Assembly: GCA_024704765.1 (NCBI GenBank)
Contig: JAKMXF010000302.1
Coordinates: 124,001-188,000 of the forward strand
Origin: Oopsacas minuta
Lineage: Eukaryota; Animalia; Porifera
Reading direction: 5' to 3'
DNA: 64,000 nucleotides
Shown: in pieces, positions 49,834 to 60,455 of the stretch
How positions within the stretch are numbered: position 1 is the first letter of the stretch
How the letters are laid out: each line of letters opens with the position of its first letter
Program-made: the position numbers and the translations under genes
The notes under the pieces: generated by a model
What the model saw: the letters and a program-made list of their open reading frames with translations, nothing else
Told to the model about the DNA's origin: nothing
The model's database searches: none

Positions 49834-52118
49834 ATGTCAAAACGACGCCAACAAGTGCTGAACTCTAGCTCAGAGGATGAAGCTGATTCTGACATAGAAA
49901 ACAACAAGCGAGTGAGGCCTGCTAGTTCTGACTCTTCTACTGAAGGCAGTGACTTAGATTGGACTGTAGACGGCAATACTAGTGTTAAGCAGAAGAAAAA
50001 GTCCACAGCTGGAGGAGGTGGTGCTAATAACCACGATACGGAAAGGGGAGAAAGGAATTCTTCTAGTCCTGGAGACAGCTGGGAATCTGGAGAAGACAAA
50101 TCTGACGATATGAACGATTCAGATTCTGATTCAGTAGAATCTTACAATTCTGTCTGTATATCAGATGAGACCACGTCAGGGGAAGATGAATTCAGTGATG
50201 GGTTTGACAATACTCTCAGAGGAGGACCTGAGGACAGGGCTATGCTGGAGCAAATGACAGAGGCAGAGAGAGAAGTGGAAATATATCGACGTCTTGAAAA
50301 TCGTGAGAGATTGTATGAACGAAAGAAGATTTATAAACAAATGAAAAGAGAACGACGTGAAAAGGAGAAGAGAGAGAGACCTGATAAAGCAAGGGAGAGG
50401 AGTGAGAAGAAGCGACAAAGAGAGTTATTCGAGATTAACAGGAGATCCGAGCGTAAAAGGAAACTAACTGATATAAAGAGGTCTGAGGCTATTGACCAGC
50501 TTAAACAAAATCGTCAGTTACAGAAAGAGAAACAAGAAAATGAAGTTATTAGTGAAGAACCTGACTACCCAAAGAAGAAAGCTTCTCCTAAGAAGAAACT
50601 CACTGTAAGTTGAGAATACAGTATTCGTTGTTATCCTAAGCTACTATTTAATATCTCTTTATTCGTAGGTTAAAGAGGTGTTTGGAAAATCAGGAATTGA
50701 GACAGATGAGGATGAATATGACAACAAACGGGGCCTTGAAGAAACCCAGGACATTGAAGATGACAGTGATGGAAAAGAATTAGAGTTAGGATTAAAGAAA
50801 TCTTTGCGACACCTTCCCATCTCATTTGTGGAGGAGATTAATAAGGTCAGAATGTCCAGGTTCCGTCTAGACAGCTGGGTACACATGCCTTACTTTAATG
50901 ACGTAGTGATCGGCTCATATGTTAGAATCGGTATAGGTTCTAATGAAGGGAAGAGCATTTACAGAGTTGCAGAGATAATGGAGGTTGTTGAGACGCCTAA
51001 AGTATACAATATCATCAATAATCCTACCAACAAAGCCCTGAGGCTAAAACATGGATCACAGGTATTGTCGATTCAGTATATTGTTATGATTTGTATTTAA
51101 TCGTGTAAGTGTTTAGGAGAGAGTATTCAGAATGCAGTTTGTCTCAAATGCTGATATAACTAAGGCTGAATTCGACAAGTGGAGATCAGCTGTTAATTGC
51201 GCTAGCATGAGATTGCCTACTAATATAGAAATCCGTAAGAAATTGAGGGCTATAGAAGAAGCAAAAGCTATTGTTCTGAATGATGAAGATATTGGATTAA
51301 TCGTGAAAGAGAAGGAGAGATTTCGAAAACTACCAACCAATTATGCAATGGCTAAAGCACGATTAAACGCAGCTAAAGACAAAGCTGAGATGGCCGAGAA
51401 TTTCGAGGAAGCACAACTATTGTCTGAAAGAATAAATGAAATTAATGAGAGAGCTGAAATGTTGGAGAAAGTTAGGAATAAAGATCTGACAAGAATTTCC
51501 TTTATAAATGAGAGAAACAGGATGCACAATTTACAGGTACTGTATAGTGAATTAAGCTTAATTTATTGCACAAAGTAACTAGCTAACTAGTTGATCAAGA
51601 GAGATTTAGGATTTCTCTCAATTTAGAGAGAGGAGACTATCAGAATAGAAATGGCAGAGAGGAGAGAGGATAATCCTTTCACCAGAAGGAAATGTGCCCC
51701 TAAGCTCGCTCCAATCGCACATCTCCACAACACATCTATAGGAGAGGGCGTAGAGACTCCAGAGAAAACGGTAACCGAGACTGCTCCAAAAATTCACACT
51801 TTGTTAGAAACACCAGTTCCCACCTCTGGTTTTAATCCTGCCTCTCAGCCTGACCCAGTATCTGGCTTGTTTGACAAAACTCTGGAGTTGAATGGTAATG
51901 ACATTCCTAACCAAACTCCAAACTCATGCAGGATTGCAACAAACCATTCTCTTAACCTGTCAAATGCACACGATTTTGATATACCAATTGACTTCCCTAC
52001 TGACATGACAAGCTCTCTTCCACACATGAACATATTATCCTCACAGGAGTCTAACAAAGGTAATCCTAGAAAAAACCTAAATCTTTCAGACTACAAAAAA
52101 AGAAAGGGCCTCATTTAG
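49834..52118 (+). CDS. RTF1: PAF1 complex subunit RTF1 (Plus3 domain), spliced
   Basis: EQMTEAEREVEIYRR, Plus3 RMSRFRLDSWVHMPYF..SYVRIGIG, PTNYAMAK, NPFTRRKC, HDFDIPID and C-terminal NLNLSDYKKRKGLI. Confidence 0.93.
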
Positions 52119-52466
52119 TATCGTCAGTGCTTTGTCCCTCCTAGCCGCGAATAGGCCTCTGTCTGTCTGTCTTGCATAGCTCCTGAAGATGGTCTCATAT
52201 CAACTCTAACTTTGCTCATACACATAAACTTACTTAGCAATTGTTTGTACTATTATTATGCAGAGATTCTCACTTCATATAGTTTTGAGTAAGTTTGAAT
52301 TTGTGTTAACCACACAATTTTGCCATTTTTGTGAGCTTTGGGGTGAGTAGAGAATGTATCCATAGTCCAATGACAGATTAGTTAGGCTCTTATACGCTAA
52401 TATTGATGTATAGCAAATAACAATAATATATTATTAGTATCTCTCTCTCTTGTTTAGTTGATAAAA

Positions 52467-53369
52467 ATGCCCTACGCTAATAAACCAATTGTACGTGTAC
52501 TTGAAGTTACAAGCGAGAGTGTAAAATTCGTAATCGAAGACACCGACCTTGCTATGGCGAATGGACTGCGTCGCGTGTTTATCTCCGAGATTCCTACTAT
52601 TGCCATTGACTGGGTTCGAATAATTACGAATTCAACTGTTCTTCATGACGAGTTTATCGCGCATAGACTGGGTATGATCCCTCTAAGGAGTGATGACGTA
52701 GTTGAGAAGCTGGAATACTCGCGGAATTGTTTATGTGAAGAATTCTGTGAGAAATGTTCTGTAGTGTTTGAACTAGATGTTCGTTTTCAGGACGATAGGG
52801 AAGATAAAGCAGCTGCTACTCGACAAGTAACAACTAGAGATCTCCATTCCCATAATATGAAGGTTAGTTTATCTCTGATATTTCTAAATGTATATTTTCT
52901 GAATAATAATACGTTTATTGTATAGGTCATGCCTACTACTACTCCAGGAAAAGATATTGATAGCTCAGGGTATAGCGAGGAAGATGATATACTAATTGTA
53001 AAGCTACGTAAGGGTCAGGAACTCAAATTACAGGCAGTAGCTAAAAAGGGGTTCGCGAAGGAGCACGCTAAGTGGGGTACATCTGTGGTATCATTTGAGT
53101 ACGATCCTGATAATGCCCTCAGACACACAACCTTCCCTATACCTGAGGAATGGCCTAAGAGTGAGCACTCAGAGATCGGAGAGAAAGAAGTGCAAGCTCC
53201 CTATGACTTCCAATCCAAACCGAACAAATTCTTCTTCAATGTAGAAACGATAGGAGCTCTTCGTCCTGAGACAATAGTTCTATCTGGTATCAACGTGTTG
53301 AAACAAAAATTATCTAATCTACAGCTGTCTTTCTCTACAGAAATTTCACAGGGAACTGTTGCTTATTAG
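52467..53369 (+). CDS. POLR2C: RNA polymerase II subunit RPB3, one intron (52863-52925)
   Basis: [62 protein letters not shown] and [12 protein letters not shown]. Confidence 0.96.
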
Positions 53370-53502
53370 ATTTTATTTGAAATATAAAAGAATGAGAGAT
53401 ATAGTAATACTGCATTATAAACCAATGTAATGATTTCATGTCAGATCGTTCTCCTCATTATAACGAGTTATTTCAACTGATTAGCACTTTATCCGTATTC
53501 TT

Positions 53503-54462
53503 ATGGCAGAAGCTACCCCTGTAATATCAAATATAAATGGTTCACATTTCAAAGATCTCCCATTCTTCATTAACCAAAGCTTTCTAGAGCTCACTAAGCC
53601 TGCTTATGGGAAAATATTAGACAAATCATCTATAGAGACATTATGTGGGGGTTGTGAGATATCGCGAGACATTGACTTGGCTAAATCATTGAGTACAGCT
53701 GGAGGAGAGGATTGGTCTGTACTGAAGGGGTATCCTAAGTCTCCCATGGTGTTAAGATTAGCTTGTTGCTTGATTGTGTGGATGGATAGAGGGAGTGCTG
53801 AGCTCTGTCCTACACATCATCTACCTGATATGTATCTGATGAATGAGTCAGAGCAGAAACAGAAACGTATCCTCAGATTGGACCAGGGATGGGAGGTAAT
53901 TACGCATTGGGTTATAAATATATTTGTATAATATTTATATCATATTACGTGTATATAGGTGTTGAAGAAGTTCCCTGATAACTGGTATCAATGGCCTGAT
54001 CAAACAAAACAAAAAGAGTTAACAAACCTTATTTCTCAGATAGAATTGAGAGGAGTATTAGATTTAATCGGGTTTAGAGAGACAGTAGGTAGCAAGCTGT
54101 TAATACCTCCTACAAGAGAGGTTATAATGCAAACATTCACTGCTCTACACTCTGAAGGCTCTAAGCTTTCGGTAGGGGCTAGAGCTTTTGCTAAACACGG
54201 ACATCGTGACCATACAGCCTCTTGGTGGGGGACATGTACTGGTTCAGAAGAGCAGAAGAATGAATCAGCGCTCAAAATCGTTACTAAGATCCTAGACAAT
54301 GCAGCGTGGATGAATATACACTTTATGGTGCATGACACTGGTGTATTAGAGGCTAGGACTGTAGAAGGTTATGGAGTAAGGTGGTTAGCTGATGGGAAGG
54401 AGTTCAGAGGGTTCTTAGAGCCCCAGATGGAGGGAGGACATGAAGCTGGGTGGATACATTGA
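53503..54462 (+). CDS. Uncharacterised conserved protein, two exons (intron 53896-53958)
   Basis: The two ORFs join in frame (GWE|VLKK). The C-terminal block LSVGARAFAKHGHR...WWG...WMNIH...EGYGVRW...FRGFLEP...GHEAGWIH looks like a conserved catalytic domain. Confidence 0.8.
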
Positions 54463-54550
54463 TTGGATATATTTAGTTTGATTTTGTCTGTAAACTCTTT
54501 TAGATGTTTTGTTTTATTTGTTACTTGTATATTTCAGTTAGAGTTATAGA

Positions 54551-56220
54551 ATGCCTCCTAAAAAACCCAAGAAGAAGCAACCTAAAGAGAAGAAGGAAAA
54601 GAAGCCAGTCATTGTAGACGGGATGCCAGCTGAGCAGATGAGTCCCGAACAGCTGTTAGACTACATCGAGAAGTTGAGAGAGGAAGTAGATCGGGAAAGA
54701 GAAGAGAGGAACTTAATCCAGCTAGAGAGAGATAAGATTAATACCTTCTGGGATATATCGAAACAACATCTAGATGTAATTATGTTTATATTCGAATAAT
54801 TCTATCATTAATTAAGGAGTTTTCTATAGGATTGTAATTCTGAGATAAGAGTAAAAGAGAGACAAATCGAGGAAGGAGAGGAGAGACACCGAGTAGAGAT
54901 AAAAGTATACAAACAGAAAGTAAAACATCTTCTCTATCAACATCAGAATAATGTCACTGAGCTGAAGGGAGATGGTACTGCTGCTCTTAAGGCTCAGATG
55001 GGAGATCAGAAGCTGGAAGAGAAGAAGTTACATGAACAGATTTGGAATCTTAAGTCACAAACTAGAGAGGGGGAGCTATCACATGAAGAAGTGAGTTAAT
55101 ATAATAATACATAGCTGAATTAGTTTAATAATGTTTGTTGTTAGGTTATCCGCAACCTTAAGCGTGAACAAGACGAGTCAATAACAAAGATGCGTAAGGA
55201 ATACGAACAAGATGTTGATGAGATTCAGAGCAAATACGAGACTAAAATGTGGCGTCTGAGAGAGGAACTTGAGATGAGAAGAAAGAACGAAGTTCATGAA
55301 GTGGAAGAGAGGAAGAATGAGCAAATAAAGAACTTGATGGTTAATCATGAGAAGCAATTCTCTGATATCAAGAATTACTATAATGATATTACACATAATA
55401 ATTTATGTCTGATTACAACACTCAAGGAGAAAGTATGTTCCCTCATAATCAATCAACAAAACATGATTTATATAACTTATTATTTAGGTTGAAGAAATGA
55501 AGAAGAAGGAAGAAAGACTTGAAAAAGAATTGAATGAAAAACTAGCGGAGAATCGCAGACTCTTAGATCCACTCCAAAGAGCTAAGGCAGATGTAGCTGA
55601 GTTGAAGAGGAAGCTTCAGAATTATGAAAAAGACAAAATATCTCTCAATCATTGTAAGGTGCGACTTAAAGCTCAAGATAAAGAGTTAAAGAGTTTGAAT
55701 TGGGAGCATGAAGTTCTTGGACAGAGATATGACAAGGTAATACTCTAAATGTAGTATACGTCGTATGATAATATTTAATATAAATATATGCAAGGCAAAC
55801 ACAGAGAGAGATGGATTATACAATAAATTCACTCACACTATACAAGAAGTACAACAGAAGAATGGATTGAAGAATTTACTGTTAGAGAAAAAGCTAATGT
55901 CTCTAGCTGAAACTTTAGAAATGAAAGAAGCTCAACTAAATGAGGTATTATCTGCCTCTAATCTTGATCCTAATGCTCTTACTGCTGTCACACGTAAACT
56001 AGAAGATATCTTAGACAGCAAGAACACAGCTATTAGAGATCTGCAATATGAGTTAGATCGTGTATGTAAGGCTCATAACGACCTTATGCGGACGTATGAA
56101 GCTAAATTGAAAGCATTTGAAGTTCCCACAGAAGAGCTAGGCTTCAAACCACTAGAGAGTAAGGTAGTAGGACATACACTAGGTAAAGGTCCTGCTGGTC
56201 TAGTAACCGCACCTCCTTAA
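54551..56220 (+). CDS. GAS8: Dynein regulatory complex subunit 4 (GAS8/DRC4), spliced
   Basis: MPPKK...[58 protein letters not shown] and KNLLLEKKL. Confidence 0.93.
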
Positions 56221-56385
56221 CCTCTATTATACACGTAACCCAATCACTTGATTGTCTTCCAACTAATTTATGATTATATTCACATTATTATTCATTATAC
56301 CGCCTACATGATTAGTTCAGGGTATATTCTGTGGTAATTTAGTCAATACAAGTCATTGAGTCTATGTTAGTAGGATAATTAGCTT

Positions 56386-56895
56386 ATGATGCTCTCAGAA
56401 ATATACAAAGCTCACCAACAAGAACAGAATGAACGTCGCTTAGAGCAAGAACGGAAACGAAAACAGGCGATTAAGAGTGCTCAAGAAGTCAGCTCAGGAT
56501 TTGTAGATGCACTAAACAGTGGAGTAGAAGAAGCGTATGAGAATCAGAAGAAAATAAATTTACTTGTAAAAGATCTGCAAATACAATCTACTGTATTTTT
56601 AAAACAAGCCTCTCAATGGATAAACACAGTAGAAGGCTTCAATGCATCCCTCAAGGAACTAGGAGATCTTCCTAACTGGGCTAGCATCATAGAGAAAGAT
56701 ATGCTGCTTATCTGTAGATCTCTAGAATATGCTTATAACGGCCCTGCGGTTGATATCACCGACTCACCTATTCCTGAACACGTTATCCCTGTAGATACCC
56801 CTCCTATTTCTCCAATTGCTAATCTTGTTAAAGAACCAGGATCTGGTGCTGGCGAAGAGTTCAGACCTGAAACACCCCCAAAACAATCTTCATAG
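56386..56895 (+). CDS. BLOC1S1: BLOC-1/BORC subunit 1 (GCN5L1) with a Pro-rich C-terminal extension
   Basis: LNSGVEEAYENQKK, QWINTVEGFNASLKELGDLPNWA.IIEKDM and LEYAYNG. Confidence 0.9.
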   Translation: MMLSEIYKAHQQEQNERRLEQERKRKQAIKSAQEVSSGFVDALNSGVEEAYENQKKINLLVKDLQIQSTVFLKQASQWINTVEGFNASLKELGDLPNWASIIEKDMLLICRSLEYAYNGPAVDITDSPIPEHVIPVDTPPISPIANLVKEPGSGAGEEFRPETPPKQSS

Positions 56896-57074
56896 CTAAT
56901 AAATACTATTATTGTTGTAGTATATTCTAGTCCATAAAATAATTAACTAATAAAACACAGGAGATAAATATTTCCTTTTCTCTAAGTCCACCATACACGA
57001 TGCTACTTTTCGTGTTTGATTGGCTTTATTTGTTTGTGGCAATAGAATTATTAGTTTTCAGTTCGCATCTATAA

Positions 57075-57593
57075 ATGGCTTCAACAATTAGGAAGGGTGA
57101 AATTCAGATTGGTGAAAAGTTACCAGAGATTGAAATAATGACAGCTCCAAGTACTAAAGTTAAAATAACTGATCTTTTCAAGGGTAAGAGAGGGATCTTA
57201 TTTGGTTTGCCTGGTGCATTCACACCAACTTGTTCTAACACACATCTCCCCGAATTTGTAAGAGATCATGCTAAATGGGTAGAATTAGGATATGAGATCA
57301 TTTGCTGTGTTTCTGTTAACGACGCCTTCGTGATGGAAGCTTGGGGAAAACTGCATCAAGTTGAGGGCAAGGTCGTAATGATTTCAGATATGAATGCAAC
57401 ATTGACCAGGGCAATCGGACTAGAAATCGATTTGACGGATAAACTAGGAAGCATCCGCTCAAAACGGTACTCTATGGAAGTGAATGATAACTTGATTACT
57501 AGTATCCATGTTGAGTCTAGTCTGGGTGCTACTGGGTGTAGCACATCTAGTGCAATGCTAGGTTCTCTTAGTCAAGATATGATCCCATTATGA
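57075..57593 (+). CDS. PRDX5: Peroxiredoxin-5 (atypical 2-Cys), intronless
   Basis: GLPGAFTPTCS..HLPEF, SVNDAFVMEAWG and RSKRYSM. A second Cys lies in ATGCS near the C-terminus. Confidence 0.92.
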   Translation: MASTIRKGEIQIGEKLPEIEIMTAPSTKVKITDLFKGKRGILFGLPGAFTPTCSNTHLPEFVRDHAKWVELGYEIICCVSVNDAFVMEAWGKLHQVEGKVVMISDMNATLTRAIGLEIDLTDKLGSIRSKRYSMEVNDNLITSIHVESSLGATGCSTSSAMLGSLSQDMIPL

Positions 57594-57827
57594 AAACGAG
57601 TTTATAGAGAATTGTGTGATTATAATTTTAACAATATTATCTACTATTTGTTCTGGATAAATTTATATCTAGGGCAGCTAGCTTTGATCTATTTTTATCA
57701 AGTATTTGCTACACTATTATCTCCTTAAAGTATCCACAATGATACATCATGCTACGTTAAGGGTATTTACAGTACTGCACGTGCAATAACGATGATTGCA
57801 TTACACACCAAGCTCTACATGTGCATC

Positions 57828-57832
<5 letters not shown>

Positions 57833-57876
<44 letters not shown>
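57833..57876. repeat. (TA)22 microsatellite between PRDX5 and vasa
   Basis: Uninterrupted TA run of 44 nt. Confidence 0.95.
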
Positions 57877-57879
<3 letters not shown>

Positions 57880-58031
57880 CAACCATATCACTCATTGCTA
57901 GTTACTATACTTATAGCTAAAACTTTGTATCACATATTTTTATCTTATACAAGTATTGTGGATAACACACCTTTTCTCTGCTTTGTTATCATTAGCTATT
58001 ATCTGGGAAGAATCAGAGATAGTTTCTAATC

Positions 58032-60455
58032 ATGGCTGATTGGGATGATGAGAGACAGGATGGAGGCACCTCGAGTGCACCAGGTTTTGGAGATGGACGT
58101 TCAGGTGGCCGCGGGGGCGGTTTCGCAAATCGTGGATTCGGAGGGAGAAGAGATGACGACTCTGGTAGAGGAAGGAGGGGAGGTTTCGGAGGAGGCCGAA
58201 GAGATTACGATTCAGGATCAGGAGGTTTCGGCGGGGGAGACAACGAATCAAGGGGAAGGGGAGGATATAGCAGAAGAGACGATAACTCAAGTGGAGGCAG
58301 GGGTTACGGTAGAAACGATGATGACTCAAATAGTAGAGGTTACCGCGGAGGTAGAGATCGTGAAGGAGGCGGATTTGGTTGGCGAGGTCGCGATGGGGGA
58401 TTTGGTGGTGGTAGAGATCGTGACGGGGGCGGGTTTGGAAATAGAGATCGTGATGGTGGCGGATTTGGCGGTAGAGATCGTGATGGTGGTGGTGGTGGCT
58501 TTGGAAATAGGGATCGTGATGGTGGTGGATTTGGCGGTAGAGGTCGTGACGGTGGCGGCTTTGGGGGCAGAGATGGTGATGGAGGAGGCTATCGTGGGAG
58601 AGGCGGATACCGTGGAAGCAGAGGAGATGACGACGATGAGGAAGGTGGTCGCGGCGGATTCAGGTCTAATAGAGGAGGAAGGGGTGGTTCAGGCTTTGGA
58701 GATAGTGATGGTGGTTCTAGTCGAGGATTTGGAAGCAGAGGCTTCGGAGGAGGAGGTGGTGGCGGGGGCGGTGATTCAGAGGGTTTTGTCATGAGCCGCT
58801 CATTTGTCAATAGCTCTTCAGATGATAGAGGTCGTGGCCGTGGTGGATTCAGAGGAGGTAGAGGTCGTGACAGAGATGAAGATGGTGGTGGAGAATTCAA
58901 TAATTTTGGAGGAAGAGGCGGAGGAGGTGAAAGGTTTGGAGATGATGGACCGAGACCTGAACCTTATATCCCTCCAGCTCCATCTGAAAAGGAATCTGAA
59001 ATATTTGTGAATATCACGAAAGGAATCAATTTTGGACGTTATGACAACATTCCTGTTCAGCTAACTGGTCGTGAACCTACATCCCAGATCACTACATTTG
59101 CTGAGGCTCGACTGTCAACAACCATATCGTTGAATGTTACAAAAGCTGGTTACAATGAACCAACTCCTGTGCAGAAATATGGAATCCCAGTTGTTCTAGC
59201 CGGTAGAGATTTGATGGGATGTGCTCAAACTGGTTCGGGAAAAACTGCAGCTTTCCTTTTGCCAATACTCTCCACTATGGTGAGTAAGAGCCTCTATCAG
59301 AACACAAGCTTGGATCCGGGCACGGCTCACCCCACTGCTCTTATAATCGCTCCAACTAGGGAATTAGCTTTACAGATATACCATGAAGCTAGGAAGTTCT
59401 CCTACACAACTATAATAGAGCCTGTTGTAGCGTATGGTGGAACATCAGTAGCTCATCAACTCAGTAAAGTAGAGAAAGGCTGCCATATTCTTGTAGGGAC
59501 ACCTGGTCGTCTTATTGACTTTATGAATCGTGGTAGAGTCAAGCTGGATCAAGTAAAGTTTCTTGTACTAGATGAAGCCGATCGTATGCTGGATATGGGC
59601 TTCATTCCTGATGTTAAAAAGATGGTCCATGAATTTGACATGTGTGGAAAGAATGATCGCCAGACCCTAATGTTCTCAGCTACTTTCCCAGAAGAAATAC
59701 AGAGACTCGCGGCAGATTTCTTACACGATTATCTTTTCCTCACTGTAGGGAAAGTGGGTGGAGCCGCAAATGATATTGTTCAGAAAATTGTCCAAGTTGC
59801 AGCTTTGGACAAACGCGAAAAGTTGGCTGAAATATTGCGAGCCAATCCTGAACATAAAGTTCTTGTATTCGTAGAAACGAAAAGACAAGCTGATTTCTTG
59901 GCTACATACCTCTCTCAAGAAGCCTTTCCTACTACTAGTATACACGGAGCTAGACTTCAGAGAGAAAGAGAAGAGGCCTTACACGCTTTCAAAACTGGTC
60001 GTACTCCAGTCTTAGTTGCTACTTCTGTAGCTGCCAGAGGTTTAGATATTCCTAAGGTGAATCATGTTGTCAACTTTGACATGCCGAGCGACATTTCTGA
60101 GTATGTCCACAGGATTGGGAGGACAGGACGTATTGGACACACCGGTCTCGCTACCTCGTTTTTTGATTCAGCAAAAGACCAGGCTATAGCCAGGAGTCTT
60201 GTCAAGATATTATCCGACGCGGAACAAGATGTACCTGTATTCCTAGAGGAGATCGCTGAGGGAGCGATAGGCACAGGATACGGCGGTGCAGGAGGTGGCT
60301 TTGGAGGTACAGACAGAAGAGAGAGGGGAGGCGGAGGCCGAGACTCCGGTAACCGGGCTGATGGATATGGGGGTCAAACTTTTGGCGACCCAATCAACAC
60401 CGGTTTTGCAAGCTCTGTCCCACCCACTGCTGGGGACGATGAGAGCTGGGATTGA
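58032..60455 (+). CDS. DDX4: Vasa DEAD-box helicase, intronless
   Basis: RGG/FG-rich N-terminus, PYIPP..GINFGRYD, AQTGSGKT, PTRELA, GTPGRL, LDEAD, SATFPEEIQRLA, VGKVGGA (vasa type, not the GRVGST of PL10), HRIGRTGR and an acidic Trp-containing end DDESWD. Confidence 0.92.
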   Translation: MADWDDERQDGGTSSAPGFGDGRSGGRGGGFANRGFGGRRDDDSGRGRRGGFGGGRRDYDSGSGGFGGGDNESRGRGGYSRRDDNSSGGRGYGRNDDDSNSRGYRGGRDREGGGFGWRGRDGGFGGGRDRDGGGFGNRDRDGGGFGGRDRDGGGGGFGNRDRDGGGFGGRGRDGGGFGGRDGDGGGYRGRGGYRGSRGDDDDEEGGRGGFRSNRGGRGGSGFGDSDGGSSRGFGSRGFGGGGGGGGGDSEGFVMSRSFVNSSSDDRGRGRGGFRGGRGRDRDEDGGGEFNNFGGRGGGGERFGDDGPRPEPYIPPAPSEKESEIFVNITKGINFGRYDNIPVQLTGREPTSQITTFAEARLSTTISLNVTKAGYNEPTPVQKYGIPVVLAGRDLMGCAQTGSGKTAAFLLPILSTMVSKSLYQNTSLDPGTAHPTALIIAPTRELALQIYHEARKFSYTTIIEPVVAYGGTSVAHQLSKVEKGCHILVGTPGRLIDFMNRGRVKLDQVKFLVLDEADRMLDMGFIPDVKKMVHEFDMCGKNDRQTLMFSATFPEEIQRLAADFLHDYLFLTVGKVGGAANDIVQKIVQVAALDKREKLAEILRANPEHKVLVFVETKRQADFLATYLSQEAFPTTSIHGARLQREREEALHAFKTGRTPVLVATSVAARGLDIPKVNHVVNFDMPSDISEYVHRIGRTGRIGHTGLATSFFDSAKDQAIARSLVKILSDAEQDVPVFLEEIAEGAIGTGYGGAGGGFGGTDRRERGGGGRDSGNRADGYGGQTFGDPINTGFASSVPPTAGDDESWD
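58352..58590 (+). repeat. Coding tandem repeat of about 30 nt (RDRDGGGFG[G/N]), about 7 degenerate copies
   Basis: Recurring agagatcgtgatggtggcggatttggcggt-like units in the vasa N-terminus. Confidence 0.85.

Noticed and set aside
3098-53369. Functional clustering of gene-expression genes (MTREX, RIOK2, TAF1, BRPF1, RTF1, POLR2C)
   Set aside because: They are interspersed with unrelated ciliary, endosomal and redox genes. General housekeeping enrichment, typical of eukaryotic operons, explains it.
58030-59010. Alternative-frame and antisense ORFs over the vasa N-terminus (249 aa +, 99 and 103 aa -)
   Set aside because: G-rich Gly/Arg/Asp repeat codons rarely generate stops in other frames, so these are expected artefacts.
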